Shown one piece after another: positions 12,214-24,298 of a stretch of DNA of 64,000 nt. The notes under the pieces are model-generated. The model saw only the letters and a list, made by a program, of their open reading frames with translations, was not told the DNA's origin and did not search any database. The position numbers and the translations under genes were made by a program. How positions within the stretch are numbered: the first letter of the stretch is position 1; each line of letters opens with the position of its first letter. The stretch is from Malacoraja senta (taxonomy: Eukaryota), in assembly GCA_038087875.1 (NCBI GenBank), contig CM075998.1, positions 3,908,001 to 3,972,000 of the forward strand, given 5' to 3'.

Positions 12214-12532
12214 GTAAATAACTAATGGCATTTTGATGAATGTGGGATAGGGACTTGGATATCTCGCTGCGGAACTGGATGGCTCGAGCGGTCTCCTTCT
12301 GTGCCACGATGATTCTATGGAATGATAGTTATAGAGTGGTTGATTGTCCAAGTGCCATAGGTGCGCAAAGTAGCTTTAGTGTGGGCTTGAAGTCAAATGC
12401 CAAACATCTATGAAATGTTCTTAACATTGAAAAGTTGAGGAAAGCAACAGTTAAAATTGCCTGTTCCTGTTCTGTTCTATGTTCAATGGTACTTTGTCAC
12501 GTGTACCTAAGGATAGTGAAATTATTTTCCAG

Positions 12533-12584
12533 ATGATCCAAAACTTCCAGGATGAATCGTGTTTTGTTCTCGACACCTTAAAAG
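12533..12584 (+). CDS. TFCP2: TFCP2 coding exon: MIQNFQDESCFVLDTLK
   Basis: ttttccag acceptor, AAAG|gtaact donor, 52 nt. Confidence 0.96.
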
Positions 12585-12985
12585 GTAACTGTTCCAGCAA
12601 TGGAATTTCATCTTTAGTTCAAATTATTTCAGCACTGAATTTCTGCTAGATTTATAAACTCGTGTGATTACTTCCCAATCTTGAACATATCAACGTAGGT
12701 GCCAGATAGGATTTTACCAATCACCAAAAATTGATAGTCAATAATACTTGTGGTTAAATTCCATTCTCACTGTTTGTATTGTTTGAGCTCCGTAACTCTA
12801 TGGTGAAACATTACTACATTTTCTGTAAATTTGCAGCCCTGATTATAGTCTCTTGAATTAAAAAAATTCTTAGCTTAATATTTGGGTTTTCAAGCATTCC
12901 CCTTCCCCCCCCCCCCCCCCCTTTTTTTGTGGGAAAGTGATAGGTTGTGTAATTTGTCTTTGCTTTTTCCGCTTGCTTCCTACAG

Positions 12986-13023
12986 CCGAGGGCAGTGACA
13001 GTTACCACATAATCCTCAAGTGA
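12986..13023 (+). CDS. TFCP2: TFCP2 last coding exon: (A)EGSDSYHIILK*
   Basis: ttcctacag acceptor; ends YHIILK-TGA as in TFCP2 (TFCP2L1 continues with CGL). Confidence 0.96.
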
Positions 13024-14814
13024 CTAATTTGCAAGGATAACGTCTTCTGTGAATGACCTTACCCCTACGTTGTGACTCCTACTCCCAGCAGCAAAATATT
13101 TCCAAACCGCAAAGACTCGAGTATGCTGCTATCTATCTTGGCGCAGGAGGAATCGTGATGGGATTGTGCACATGTTCAGCAGCCTGACGCAAGTGACCAA
13201 CTTCTCTTGAAGCAGGTCCTAAATTGTGGGCAAGAGGATAGATGGAGGAAAGAACAACACCTGACAGATGAATGTGTGTTGTTCAACTTTGATATGAAAT
13301 TGTTCCTGATAAGTGTGTTCGCTGCTGTTCTTGATTTTGGGTGGGTGGGTGGGAGGGGAGGGGGCGTGCAGCAAGCCCAGAGCTTGATCAACTGTTTTTT
13401 CATTCTTGATTTGCACCTTTATATATTTATGTGCACCATCTTTAGTACCTGACTGAAAAGTACATCATAAATGCATTTTGTCTGGTTGAGTTTGCTTCAT
13501 GTACTAATATTAGTACATTTGCTACTTATCTTGAATTGCCACAGACTGTCAGCTCTTGTCACTCAATCCATGTTCAGTACTTTGCTTAAGCCTTTCCTGT
13601 ACGGTCCTGGTATGATTTGAAATCTACTTACCTCTGAGGGTATGCTGCCAATTATCACTGGCAGTTCACTTTCAACTTGGCTATGTATTGGCAGTAAAGT
13701 ATTGGATTGATTTACTTATTTCATACATGTCTTGCCTTCTGAAAATGAGATCCCATTTGTTTAGTTGGTTATGTGCAAAATTTGGAAAGGATTTTTAAGC
13801 AAAATATTTTTGGACGTTAATTTGGGGAAGGTTCCTGTTCAAAGCAGTGCAATAACTTGTCACAATGTCCATTAGCCAAATGTAGACTTCCAGTTGAAAT
13901 CCTAATCCAGGTGACCATTCACAGGCAGCGGCTTGATGGAGGATTTTGAAATGCAAGGATACAAGGATGCCTGACATCTCTCAAATTTGCTTTCTCATTT
14001 CTTCCTCTCATTCCCAACCAACTGTGCACTTCAGCCACTCTAGTGAAGGTCTGGTCCACCTTATTTATGTGTGGTCACTTTTGCTCATTTAAGAAGGAAC
14101 TACCTTGGATACCAATGAGCTGCCTGTGCTCTGCATATTCCTACAGTCAAGTGAAAGCTATGAAGACAGTAAGCTCATCAAACAAGTTTAAAATAACTTT
14201 TAATGTGTATAAAATCAACTTGCGTTTCTGTCAGCAGCAATGCTGGAACTTGTGTTCTGGTCTAATCTTGAATCTCTATTTGGAAACAGCTTTTGTAAAA
14301 GGCTTTACGAGATCACAAGAATCCGATCCTCCTGTCTTAATTCAGTGAATTACTGTCATGTTTCCTATTGCAGAATGTGGTTTGAACAGCGTAGAAAAGC
14401 AACAAGTAGAATTTATCCAATGAAGCAGTTGCTTTTTGAAAGTTGCTGAACTTCCAGGCAAATCTTCTGCTTGATATGGAAATATCTTTTACTCGGAATT
14501 CCCAATCCTGTGAAAGTTTCCAATCTTATTCTTTACTGTTGTCGCTCAGAAATAATTGGAGATTGAGCCAGAATTTTGTCTATGCTTATCAATGCATCTT
14601 TTGAGTTGCTTACTCAATTGGTTTACGTGAATTAACATGGAAAACTATAATGGAAAACCCCAGCATATTGAAAGAAGGGAGGAAGATTTAATAGAAGCAT
14701 TTTCAACTTAAAAAGATCTTCCTTCACTAAATCCACTTCACTAAAATCCACTTTATTCAGGATAATACCTTCCCATCAATGGCCTGTGATGCAGTAATAT
14801 TTTCAGTTGTATTT

Positions 14815-15289
14815 TTTGTAATTGTCAGGAAATTGAGTAATCAAGGGCAAAATTTTGATCTTTAATATTTAATTCATACCATAATTCATGGGCCTTTATT
14901 TAGGCTATTTGAATGTGTCTATGTAATAATCTGTGGCCTATTGAAATACAAACAGTATCCATTTTGATTTCAATAAATAAGCTACTTTAAGCCACTTTGA
15001 AACGAACAACAGAGGAATGGAAAAATGTACATTAGGTTCTGAATAACCTCCCATTCAGTCAATGACTAAATGGCCCAAGTGACGATACTAATTTGCAGGA
15101 GAGTGGAAAGGTGAAGTTACTTGGAAACCCTGCCTTGTGAAACACGAGATCGGTGTTGCAATTTGTGAGAGGGTATCAGAATACAGAATATCTATAGTTG
15201 AGGGATTAAAGGCTGAATTCTGGTTGGAATAAGTTCTCCTAGATTGTAAGGATTGGATGCAGATTGAGTTTGGAGCAACATTAACTCAA
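14815..15289 (+). repeat. Local direct duplication, copy 1 (contains AATAAA at 14972-14977)
   Basis: Aligns by eye with 16898-17339 with long identical runs and a few indels. Confidence 0.9.
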
Positions 15290-16897
15290 TTTTTAGGTAT
15301 TATATTATTATTATTAAAATGTAGCATATAGGAGATGCTCATGATTGCAGACCATTCCCCCATTTAACATTTGGATATAGTAGTGAATGAAGTTGTACTC
15401 AAATGTAGATCTATTCTCTAAATTTTTTTCAGCTGGAACATGGCTGAACCAAAGTTGTAGGTGTATAGTCGTTGGAAAGGCAGGAAGGAGACTGGGAAGA
15501 TAATTGCCTTCCATTGAAACTCTCCAGGTGAACTCTGGAGTCTCATCATTTGAGTTCAGAATTAAGATAATTGCTATTCTAATTGCTGATCCATAGCTAC
15601 CAACTGCAGTAAGGTTTACCTCAATTTTGGTTATGAAGTAGACTCTGCCACTAACATCAGTTCAATGACATTTGGAAACCAAAGGCCAAACTGTTTATAA
15701 TCGAGCAATGGTCCATTCCCATCCAGTGGTAATGGTCAATGTTATTTTTTTTAAGGAAATGTAAGAAAATGCATCAGAAATTAAAATGGTGAGGGACCCT
15801 CAATGTTCGGTTTCAATGTTCGGTTGAAGGCCTTATTGAGCTGATTTGACTGTGTGAGATAAAACGTAACTTAGGACTCCTCGTATCAGGTAGTTGAGGG
15901 TCTGGTTACTGAGGAAACCAGTTTAGTTCAAAAGAGTAGAATTGTCTTCTGTTCCATTGAAGTTCATATTTAAATAATTATTTAATTAAGTAATAATTAG
16001 GGCGGAGCAGCTGATAGAGCCACTGCCTCACGGTGCCAGCGAACCGGGTTCAATCCTGACCTCGGGTGCTGTCTGTGGAGTTTGCACGTTCTGCCTGTGA
16101 CCGCGTGGGTTTTCTCCGGGTGCTCCGGTTTCCTCCCACACTCCAGAGACGTACGGGTTTGTAGGTTAATTGTCCCCAGTGTGTAGGAAGTGAATGAGAA
16201 AAATGGGAAAACACAGAACGAGTTTGAACAGGTGATCAATGGTCGGTGTGGATGAAGTGCCTGTTCCCATGCTGTATCTCTAAAATTCAACTAAAATGTT
16301 AACAAATCTGCATTTTAGTCCTGACTTTGCTACTGTGGCATGTTTACAGACCGTAAATGGACCAGTCGATTAAATTAGAACTCTTGAATGTGTTGCGTTT
16401 TCTGGAGGATGTCGGGATAGATAACAGGTGTTTAAGAAGGAACTGCAGATGCTGGAAAATCCCAAGTACACAAAAATGCTGGAGAAACTCAGCGGTGTGA
16501 AGAAGGGTTTCGACCCGAAACGTTGCCTATTTCCTTCGCTCCATAGATGCTGCTGCACCCGCTGAGTTTCTCCAGCATTTTTGTGTACCCGGGATAGATA
16601 AGTCGGGCTATAATGGCAAAGCGGCCTCTTTTATTATGACCTTTCATGTAATCGTGTTCCAGTGCAATGCATGAATACAATTTTTATTATTTTTCCTATG
16701 CAGCCATTACAGAAAGTGTAAAACAAATGCTGAGGCAAAATGAAAACTTGTTCATACATTGTACAACATAATATGATACACCAGTGAGTTTTCCTGTAAT
16801 GTTTTTAACATGTAATCCGCAAAATGTACAATTCACAATATGTTGAATTAATAGTAAATGGTAGTTTAAATTTTCTAATTTTCTAATTGTCTCCAAT

Positions 16898-17339
16898 TTG
16901 TAATTTTCAGAAAATGGAGTAACCAAGGGCAAAATTTTTATCTGCTTTAAAATTTAATTCATGAGCCTTTAGGCCATTTGAATATGTCTGTGTAATAGCC
17001 TGAAATACAAGCAGTATCCATTTTGATTTCTATAAATAAGCCACTTTGAAACGAACAACAGAGGAATGGCAAAATGTCCATTAGGCTCTGAGTAACCTCC
17101 CATTCAGTCAATGACTAAATGGCCCAAGTGACGATACTAATTTGCAGGAGAGGTGGAAAGGTGAAGTTACTTGGAACCCTGCCTTGTGAAACACGAGATC
17201 GGTGTTGCAATTTGGCAGAGGGTATCAGAGTACAGAATATCTATAGTTGAGGGATTAAAGGCTGAATTCTGGTTGGAATAAGTTTCTCCTGGATTGTAAG
17301 GATTGGATGCAGATTGAGTTTGGAGCAACATTAACTCAA
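16898..17339 (+). repeat. Local direct duplication, copy 2
   Basis: Matches 14815-15289; AATAAA is replaced by TATAAA (17031-17036). Confidence 0.9.
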
Positions 17340-18404
17340 CTCTGTATGGTTTTTGAGACGGTCAACAAATGGCTTCTGGTTAATTAGTGTTGGCCCAGGA
17401 AATGTTCCTACATCCCTTATTTTGTACATGAGAGTCATATGTCATGCTGCAGAGAACCAGGTTCTTGAGCCCACTGTAGGCATGCAGACCATCAATACTC
17501 ATCTATATTAATCTCATTTTGCCAGCACTTTCATCAAGGCACGATAAAGCAGCCCTAAGCACAACATTCAAAGAAATTCACATTGGCCGTAGAATCTGCC
17601 TTTACATTCACTTGAAACACGACTGTCCTTTTGCAGAGAAACATACCAACAGAAATGCTTGCCCGAGTTGGTAAGATTTCTTGCTAAATACCAATTCCAT
17701 TAAAACGCTGCAAAACTAAATGGATCTGTAGATCAAAATCAGTTTTGTTCCACTCTTACATAACAGACCAAATGGCAATCTCTATCTGTTATGGCTAACC
17801 AATGTACTGCCTGCATGAAAGCTATCTGTATTTTTAATACCTGGGATAACATGACATGATTTTGTGACGTGTGCAATAATCATTTAATTAATTCACAAAT
17901 GATGGGTGCTATTAATGTGTTTGCATTTGTACGAAGGGTGACTTTTGACCATCTTAAATCGCCACCTGTCTTTTTTTCGAGATGTTCATGAATCCCTTCC
18001 CAAGAGATGGTGTGCCAAGCCACCATAAATTAGAAATGAGGAACTGCAGGTGCTGGTTATATAAAAAGACACGACGTGTTGGAGTACTTCAGCAGGTCGG
18101 GCAGCATCTCTGGAGAACATGGATAGCCATGTTCTACAGAGATGCTGCCTGAACTGCTGAGTAACTCCTGCACTTTCTCTTATTTTCCACCATAAATTAG
18201 GCCAGTAGTTTGGATTGAATTCTGTAATGGAATTTTTGCATATTATCCATCTTCCCCAAAACATCTTGTATTTCTCTGCGAATTGAATATGGAAGTTTGA
18301 GAGGCTATTAATAGCCATGTTGTGTCTAGGTATGATACTCCAGCTGTTGCAGATTGTGGAATATGGCCATCTTGTCTTCTCTTTTCCCATCAGTTTCATT
18401 TGTG

Positions 18405-19280
18405 ATAGAGTCATAGAGTGATACAGTCTGGAAAGGGCTCTTTGGCCCAACTCGCCCACACCGGCCAACAATGTCCCAGGCACCGTAGTCCCACTTGCCT
18501 GCGCTTGGTCCATAACCCTCCAACCTGTCCTATCCATGTACCTGTCCAACAATTTCTTAAACGATGGGATAGTCCCAGCCTCAACTACCTCCTCTGGCAG
18601 CTTGTTCCATACACCCACCACCCTTTGTATAAAAAAAGTTACCCCTCGGATTCCTATCTTTTCCCCTTCACCTTGAAACCTATTACTCTAGGTAAAAGAC
18701 TCTGCATCTACCCGATCTATTCCTCTCATGATTTTGTATACCTCTAAAGGATCACCCCTCATCCTCCTACGCTCCATGGAATGGAGACCCAGCCTACTCA
18801 ACCTCTCCCCATAGCTCACACCCTCTTGTCCTGGCAACATCCTCGTAAATATTTCCTGCACCTTTTCCAGCTTGACAATATCTTTCCTCTAACATGGTGC
18901 CCAGAACTGAACACAATATTCGAAATGCGGTCTCACCAACGTCTTATACAACTGCAACATGACCTCCCAACTTCTATACTCAATACTCTGACTGATGAAG
19001 GCCAAAGTGCCAAAAGCCTTTTTGACCACCTAATCTACCTGCGACTTGACCTTCAAGGAACCATGCACCTGTACTCCTAGATCCCTCTGTTCTACAACAC
19101 TACCCAGAGGCCTACCATTTACTGTGTAGGTCCTGCCCTTGTTCGACATCCCAAAATGCAACACCTCACACTTCTCTGTATTAAATTCCATCAACCATTC
19201 CTCCGCCCACCTGGCCAATTAATCCAGATCCTGCTGCAATCGTTCACAACCATCTTCACTATCTGCAAAACCACTAACTT
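18405..19280 (-). mobile_element. CR1-clade (HER1-like) LINE 3' fragment
   Basis: WAEEWLMEFNTEKCEVLHFG..QRDLGVQVH (19030-19218) and VGVWNKLPEEVVEAG..FKK.LDRYM. Confidence 0.9.
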
Positions 19281-20708
19281 GTTGTTCAGGTTTTAATGTT
19301 ACAACTATCTCTTGCCACTTATCTCCTTGCCACAAACTCATTCCTGAGCTTGTCGGAGTTTCTGTTCCACCCTTTGATCTGGAGATCACTCCTGGATCCC
19401 AGAAACGACTGAAGTGTGAAGAAGAGTCTACAATGCTTGGAGAGCAGCAGGTTCATATTGACATCCGTAGGTTTGCATGGTTCTGATGGTAATTTTGAAA
19501 TCGGGTAACCACTGATGCTGAAAATTAGACATCAAAGCAGAAAATGCTGGCAACACTCAGCAGGTCAGGTGGCATCTGTGGAGGGAGAAGTTGAGTTAAT
19601 GTTTCGGGTCAATTACATTTTTATTCAAAAAGCCACGGTTCTGATGAAGGGTCGTTGACCTGAAACATTAACTGTTACTTTTTCCACGGTTGTCTGACCT
19701 GCTGAGTATCTCCCAACATTTTCTTTTCTTTTAATGACTTCCTAATCATGTTGTTTGATGTGAAATTTGTCCACTACTTAATGCAAGAATATAATCAGAC
19801 TCAATAGATTCAGATGATCTCCTCTGGTAATTCTTCTCTCAAATCGGACTCTGCACTCTGGATGAACTAACAGAGGTTCTGCTCAACATTGAGCGGGGCA
19901 TGAATGATCTATTGGGATTTTAAGGAAGGCACTGTTCTGTTGCTAGAGTTCCATTCGATTTTTGAGAGTGTAAAGAGAAGGAACATAAAATATCCTGGCT
20001 TCTATTTACCAACTGCTGTTTACAAAGCTGAGCCATAATTACATGTGTCTGGGTTACTCAGTGGCTGAAACGTAGCTATTCATCCCCCCAATCCCCCCTC
20101 CCCCCTCTATGTAAGTTAAAGGTGTTCTCTCAATGGCTTTCCTTGAGTAACATCAATAATGAGACTGTTCAGATCATTGAATTGTCAACGGGCCCATTAA
20201 CAAAGATCATCTGAAATATCAGATGTTTTCATCATGCCCAGGACCAATGTTCATGCGTCTGGTTTGACATGAGTATCTGCTAAAACAGGGAATGTTACTT
20301 TAATACCCAGCGCAAATACAGACTTATGGATCTGTGTAAATGGGGGTCTCGGAGCTAGGAGATGTCCGAATAGTGATGTGGGAGCTGGTGAATAGGAGGC
20401 TGCCTTGTGAGGAGCAGGAGACGTGCACTTGCTGGTGCGGTTACCTTGTGCATTATGACAAAGGTGGAATCACCCAGGGAATGTAGGTGGTGGAGGACCA
20501 CGGCAAAAGTGACGCGATAGTTGAGAAAGCAGAGGTTGCTTTCACGTAGAACTTTTGAATGGTGCCGAGAGATGATGACTACATGTGGGAATGGGTTTTG
20601 AGAAGTGAAGGAGGAGAATGATGAGCAGGGCCTGTCTGAACTACTGTTCAAATGGTGTACATCGCACCGACTGGGTGTCCGGAGATCACGAGGGGCTGCT
20701 GAACCTGG

Positions 20709-20908
20709 NNNNNNNNNNNNNNNNNNNNNNNNNNNNNNNNNNNNNNNNNNNNNNNNNNNNNNNNNNNNNNNNNNNNNNNNNNNNNNNNNNNNNNNNNNNN
20801 NNNNNNNNNNNNNNNNNNNNNNNNNNNNNNNNNNNNNNNNNNNNNNNNNNNNNNNNNNNNNNNNNNNNNNNNNNNNNNNNNNNNNNNNNNNNNNNNNNNN
20901 NNNNNNNN
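20709..20908. other. Assembly gap (200 N)
   Basis: Run of N. Confidence 1.
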
Positions 20909-21214
20909 GGGTCGAACCCCTTCTTCGCCCATTCCCTCTCTCCAGAGATGATGCCTGTCCCCGCTGAGTTACTCCAGCATTTTGTATCTACCTTCGGTGT
21001 AAACCAGCATCTGCAGTTCTTTACTTCCACATATGCAATAGGGTGCTCCATCGTTCCGCATTGTTCAGCGGATAAGTTGAAATGGAAAATACTATGGTGT
21101 ATTGAATGCTTGAGTTGGACACATCAAAGAGTTATGGAGAATGTGTCGGGAGAAACTTGAAGGGAAAGATTAAACTGGAGAACTGATGATGGAGATGAGA
21201 GGTCATATGTTCAT

Positions 21215-21850
21215 AAGTTGTAGGAGCAGGTTTAGGCCATTCGGCCCATCAAGTCTACTCTGCCATTCAATCATGGCTGATCTATCTTTCTCTCTCAAGC
21301 CCATTCGCCCAACTTCTCCCCATAAACCTTTTTCACCCGTACTAATCAGGAACCTACCAATCTCTACTTTAATTGACTTGGCCTCCACAGCCATCTGTGG
21401 CAATAAATTCCACAGATTCACCACCCTCTGGCTAAAGAAATTCCTCCTCATCTTTCTAAAAGCACTTTATTATGAGGCTGTACCCTGTGGTCCTAGACTC
21501 TCCCACTAGTGGAAACATCCTCTCCACATCCACTCTATCCAGGCCTTTCACTATTCGGCAAGTTTCAATGAGGTTCCCCCTCATCCTTCTAAACTCCAGC
21601 GAGTACAGGCCCAGTGCCGTCAAACGCTCATCATATGTTAATCCACTCGTTCCTGGGATCATTCTTGTAAACCTCCTCTGAACCCTCTCCAGAGCCAGCA
21701 CATCCTTCCTCAGATATGGGGCCCAAAACTGCTCACAATACTCCAAACGCGATCTGACCAGCGCCTTATAGAGCCTCAGCATTACATCCCTGTTGTTGTA
21801 TTCTTGCCCACTCGAAATAAATGCGTCCACCTTCCTTAATACCAATTCCA
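21215..21850 (-). mobile_element. CR1-clade LINE 3' fragment
   Basis: LYKALVRSRLEYCEQFWAPYLRKDVLALERVQRRFTRMIPG and FFSQRVVNLWN. Confidence 0.9.
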
Positions 21851-22744
21851 CTTGCAGATAAGAACAGTAACGTCAAAAGCAGAGGGAAGTATTGACAGTG
21901 CAGTTCCACGCGATAGGCTGTGTTAGACCACCAGCAAGGAGGGGGAGCCACTGATTGTGTTGATTCACGTTTCACAATGGTCGTCGAGCACAGAGGGTAA
22001 CACACACGCTACAAGTTGTTGCACAGGTTTATTTGAAAACGTACAAAAATATTGATCATTCTGTCAATGAACTATCAAGTTGCTAAGAACCAAAATAATG
22101 GACTGACCATGTACAAAGCAGTCCTTTCTGTTTCATTATTTACAGAATGAATTGGAGGGAACTCAAGATGTAATGGGGATTAAGCATTTGCTTTCGACTC
22201 AAAAATACTGTAAAAAAGTAATTTTTCTATGACATATGAATTCTGCACCGAAAATTTTCCTTTGACGTATTTGTCACTGTCTCTTAACTCTGTTGCACCT
22301 TCCATTCTCCTGCTCTCTGCAAAGATCAATCAGACAATTTGCCCTCTAAGTGTGAGAAGAGGCAACACTTTCGCTTAAACTTACTAATGGTTATTCAATC
22401 TTATTATTAAAAAGCAGGTTCCAAATATCGCTGCACCTCAAGAAGGGAAGGTATCCTCCCCACAGGTTTTTGTCATTTCTCCAAAAGGAGGGATGGAAAC
22501 GGCCTCCAGAGACGTGGACACCTCAAGCGGTGCTGGCAATGGCCAGACTTCATCTCATTCTCAAACACAGATATCCAGTTTCGGAGATGTCAGAACAATT
22601 TCAGTAACGCCGAGCACTGTACACGTGAGATATCAGTGAGACCCAACAAAAAAAAATGGAGGCACTGTTCAGCACACTCGACACTACAGCAGCAGGAGGC
22701 ACTTGTGATGGTACTGTGGTGAAGCACTGGTCCAGTGCAGTACA

Positions 22745-23145
22745 ACTGAGTGCGGGAGGATGAGGATTGATCGTATAGAGGTGTATAAAATCATGAGAGG
22801 AATAGATCGGATAGATGCACAGAGTCTCTTGCCCACAGTAGAGGAATCGAGGACCAGAGGACATAGGTTCAAGGTGAAGGGGAAAAGATTTCATAGGAAC
22901 CTGAGGGGCGACATCTTCCCCACAAAGGGTGGTGGGTGCATGGAACGAGCTGCCAGAGGAGGTAGTTGAGGCTGGGACTATCGCAACGTTTAAGAAACAG
23001 ATCGGTACATGGATAAGATGGGTTTGGAAGGATATGAACCAAATGCGTGGGATATGAAGCAAAGGTGGGACTAGTGCAGCTGGGACATGTTGGGCGGTAT
23101 GGGCAAGTTGGGCCGAAGGGCCTGTTTCCACGCTGTATGACTCTA
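22745..23145 (+). mobile_element. CR1-clade LINE 3' fragment
   Basis: IEVYKIMRGIDRIDAQSL..ESRTRGHRFKVKG and the gggccgaagggcctgttt tail. Confidence 0.85.
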
Positions 23146-24298
23146 AAACCCGATGAAACTACTGGGGTGCAGAACTGGTGGGGACTGAACTGAACCTTTG
23201 TCCGTAATTGGAGGAGCGTTGGCAGCTCCTGAACACATGGTTATGGACTTCCGCTCGTGGTATGAATTTCATTGTTCTATCTGGGACATATGACACTAAA
23301 ATACACTGGACTCTTGGTGGGTCTTGGGGAATGATAGCAGGAATGTCCAACATGGCCATCAGTGTGGCTAATGCAGTACTCTCACCTTCCCTTGGAATTC
23401 CTCCTGACGAATCTCATCACGGCAGTGAAAAAATGTTTTTAAAAAACACAAAATAAAAGAAGATAAGAGACACAAAATGCTGGAGTAACTCAGCGGGACA
23501 GGCAGCATCTCTGGAGAGAAGGAGCGGGTGGCGTTTCGGGTCGGGACCCTTCTTCTCGACCCGAAACGTCACCCATTTCCTTCTCTCCCGAGATGCTCCT
23601 GTCCCGCTGAGTTACTCTGGCTTTTTGCGTCTATCTTCAGTTTAATGATCGGGGATGATCACATTGAATGGCGGTGCTGGCTCGGAGGGCCGAATGGCCT
23701 ACTCCTGTACCTATTGTCTATTGTCCATTGTTCTAAACCGGCATCTGCAGTTCCTTCTAAACAGACAAAAGGAAACTTTGTCCAAGCCTCGGACTATCCT
23801 TGATCGGACTTTGCTGGCTTTACCTTGCACTAAACGTTATTCCCTTATCATGTATCTGTACACTGTAAACGGCTCGATTGTAATCATGCTTTCCACTGAC
23901 TGGTTAGCACGCAACAGAAGCTTTTCACTGTACCTCGGTACACGTGACAATAAACTCAACTCGACTTGCGGGTTGTCTGACTCGGGGTGTCCGTGGGGTG
24001 CAAGTGTACTCCGTGCTGGCTGCCTTGGTGTCTCCAGTCCAGGAGATGGCTCGGGAATCCAGGTACTTTGGACAAGGTTCGGGTGGGACAACTGGCAGCC
24101 GCTCAAAATTGATGTGCGTTCAGCAGGTCCAACCTCACCAGTTGCAGACGCCAGGCCACTTGGAACGGCTTCATGCCAAGTAGGGGCGAGCTTTGATCTG
24201 TCGGCGCCAATGCTGTGATGTCCATCATTGCACCACCCTCTTGCGCCAGCCGGCCGGCGGCACCGTCAGGGCAGAGCAGGTTTGCCAACGCCATGCCG

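Noticed and set aside
5198..13023. Assignment as TFCP2L1 or UBP1
   Set aside because: [31 protein letters not shown] and the YHIILK* terminus match TFCP2.
20355..20651. 98-aa minus-strand ORF beside the gap
   Set aside because: No recognisable homology or consistent splice structure.
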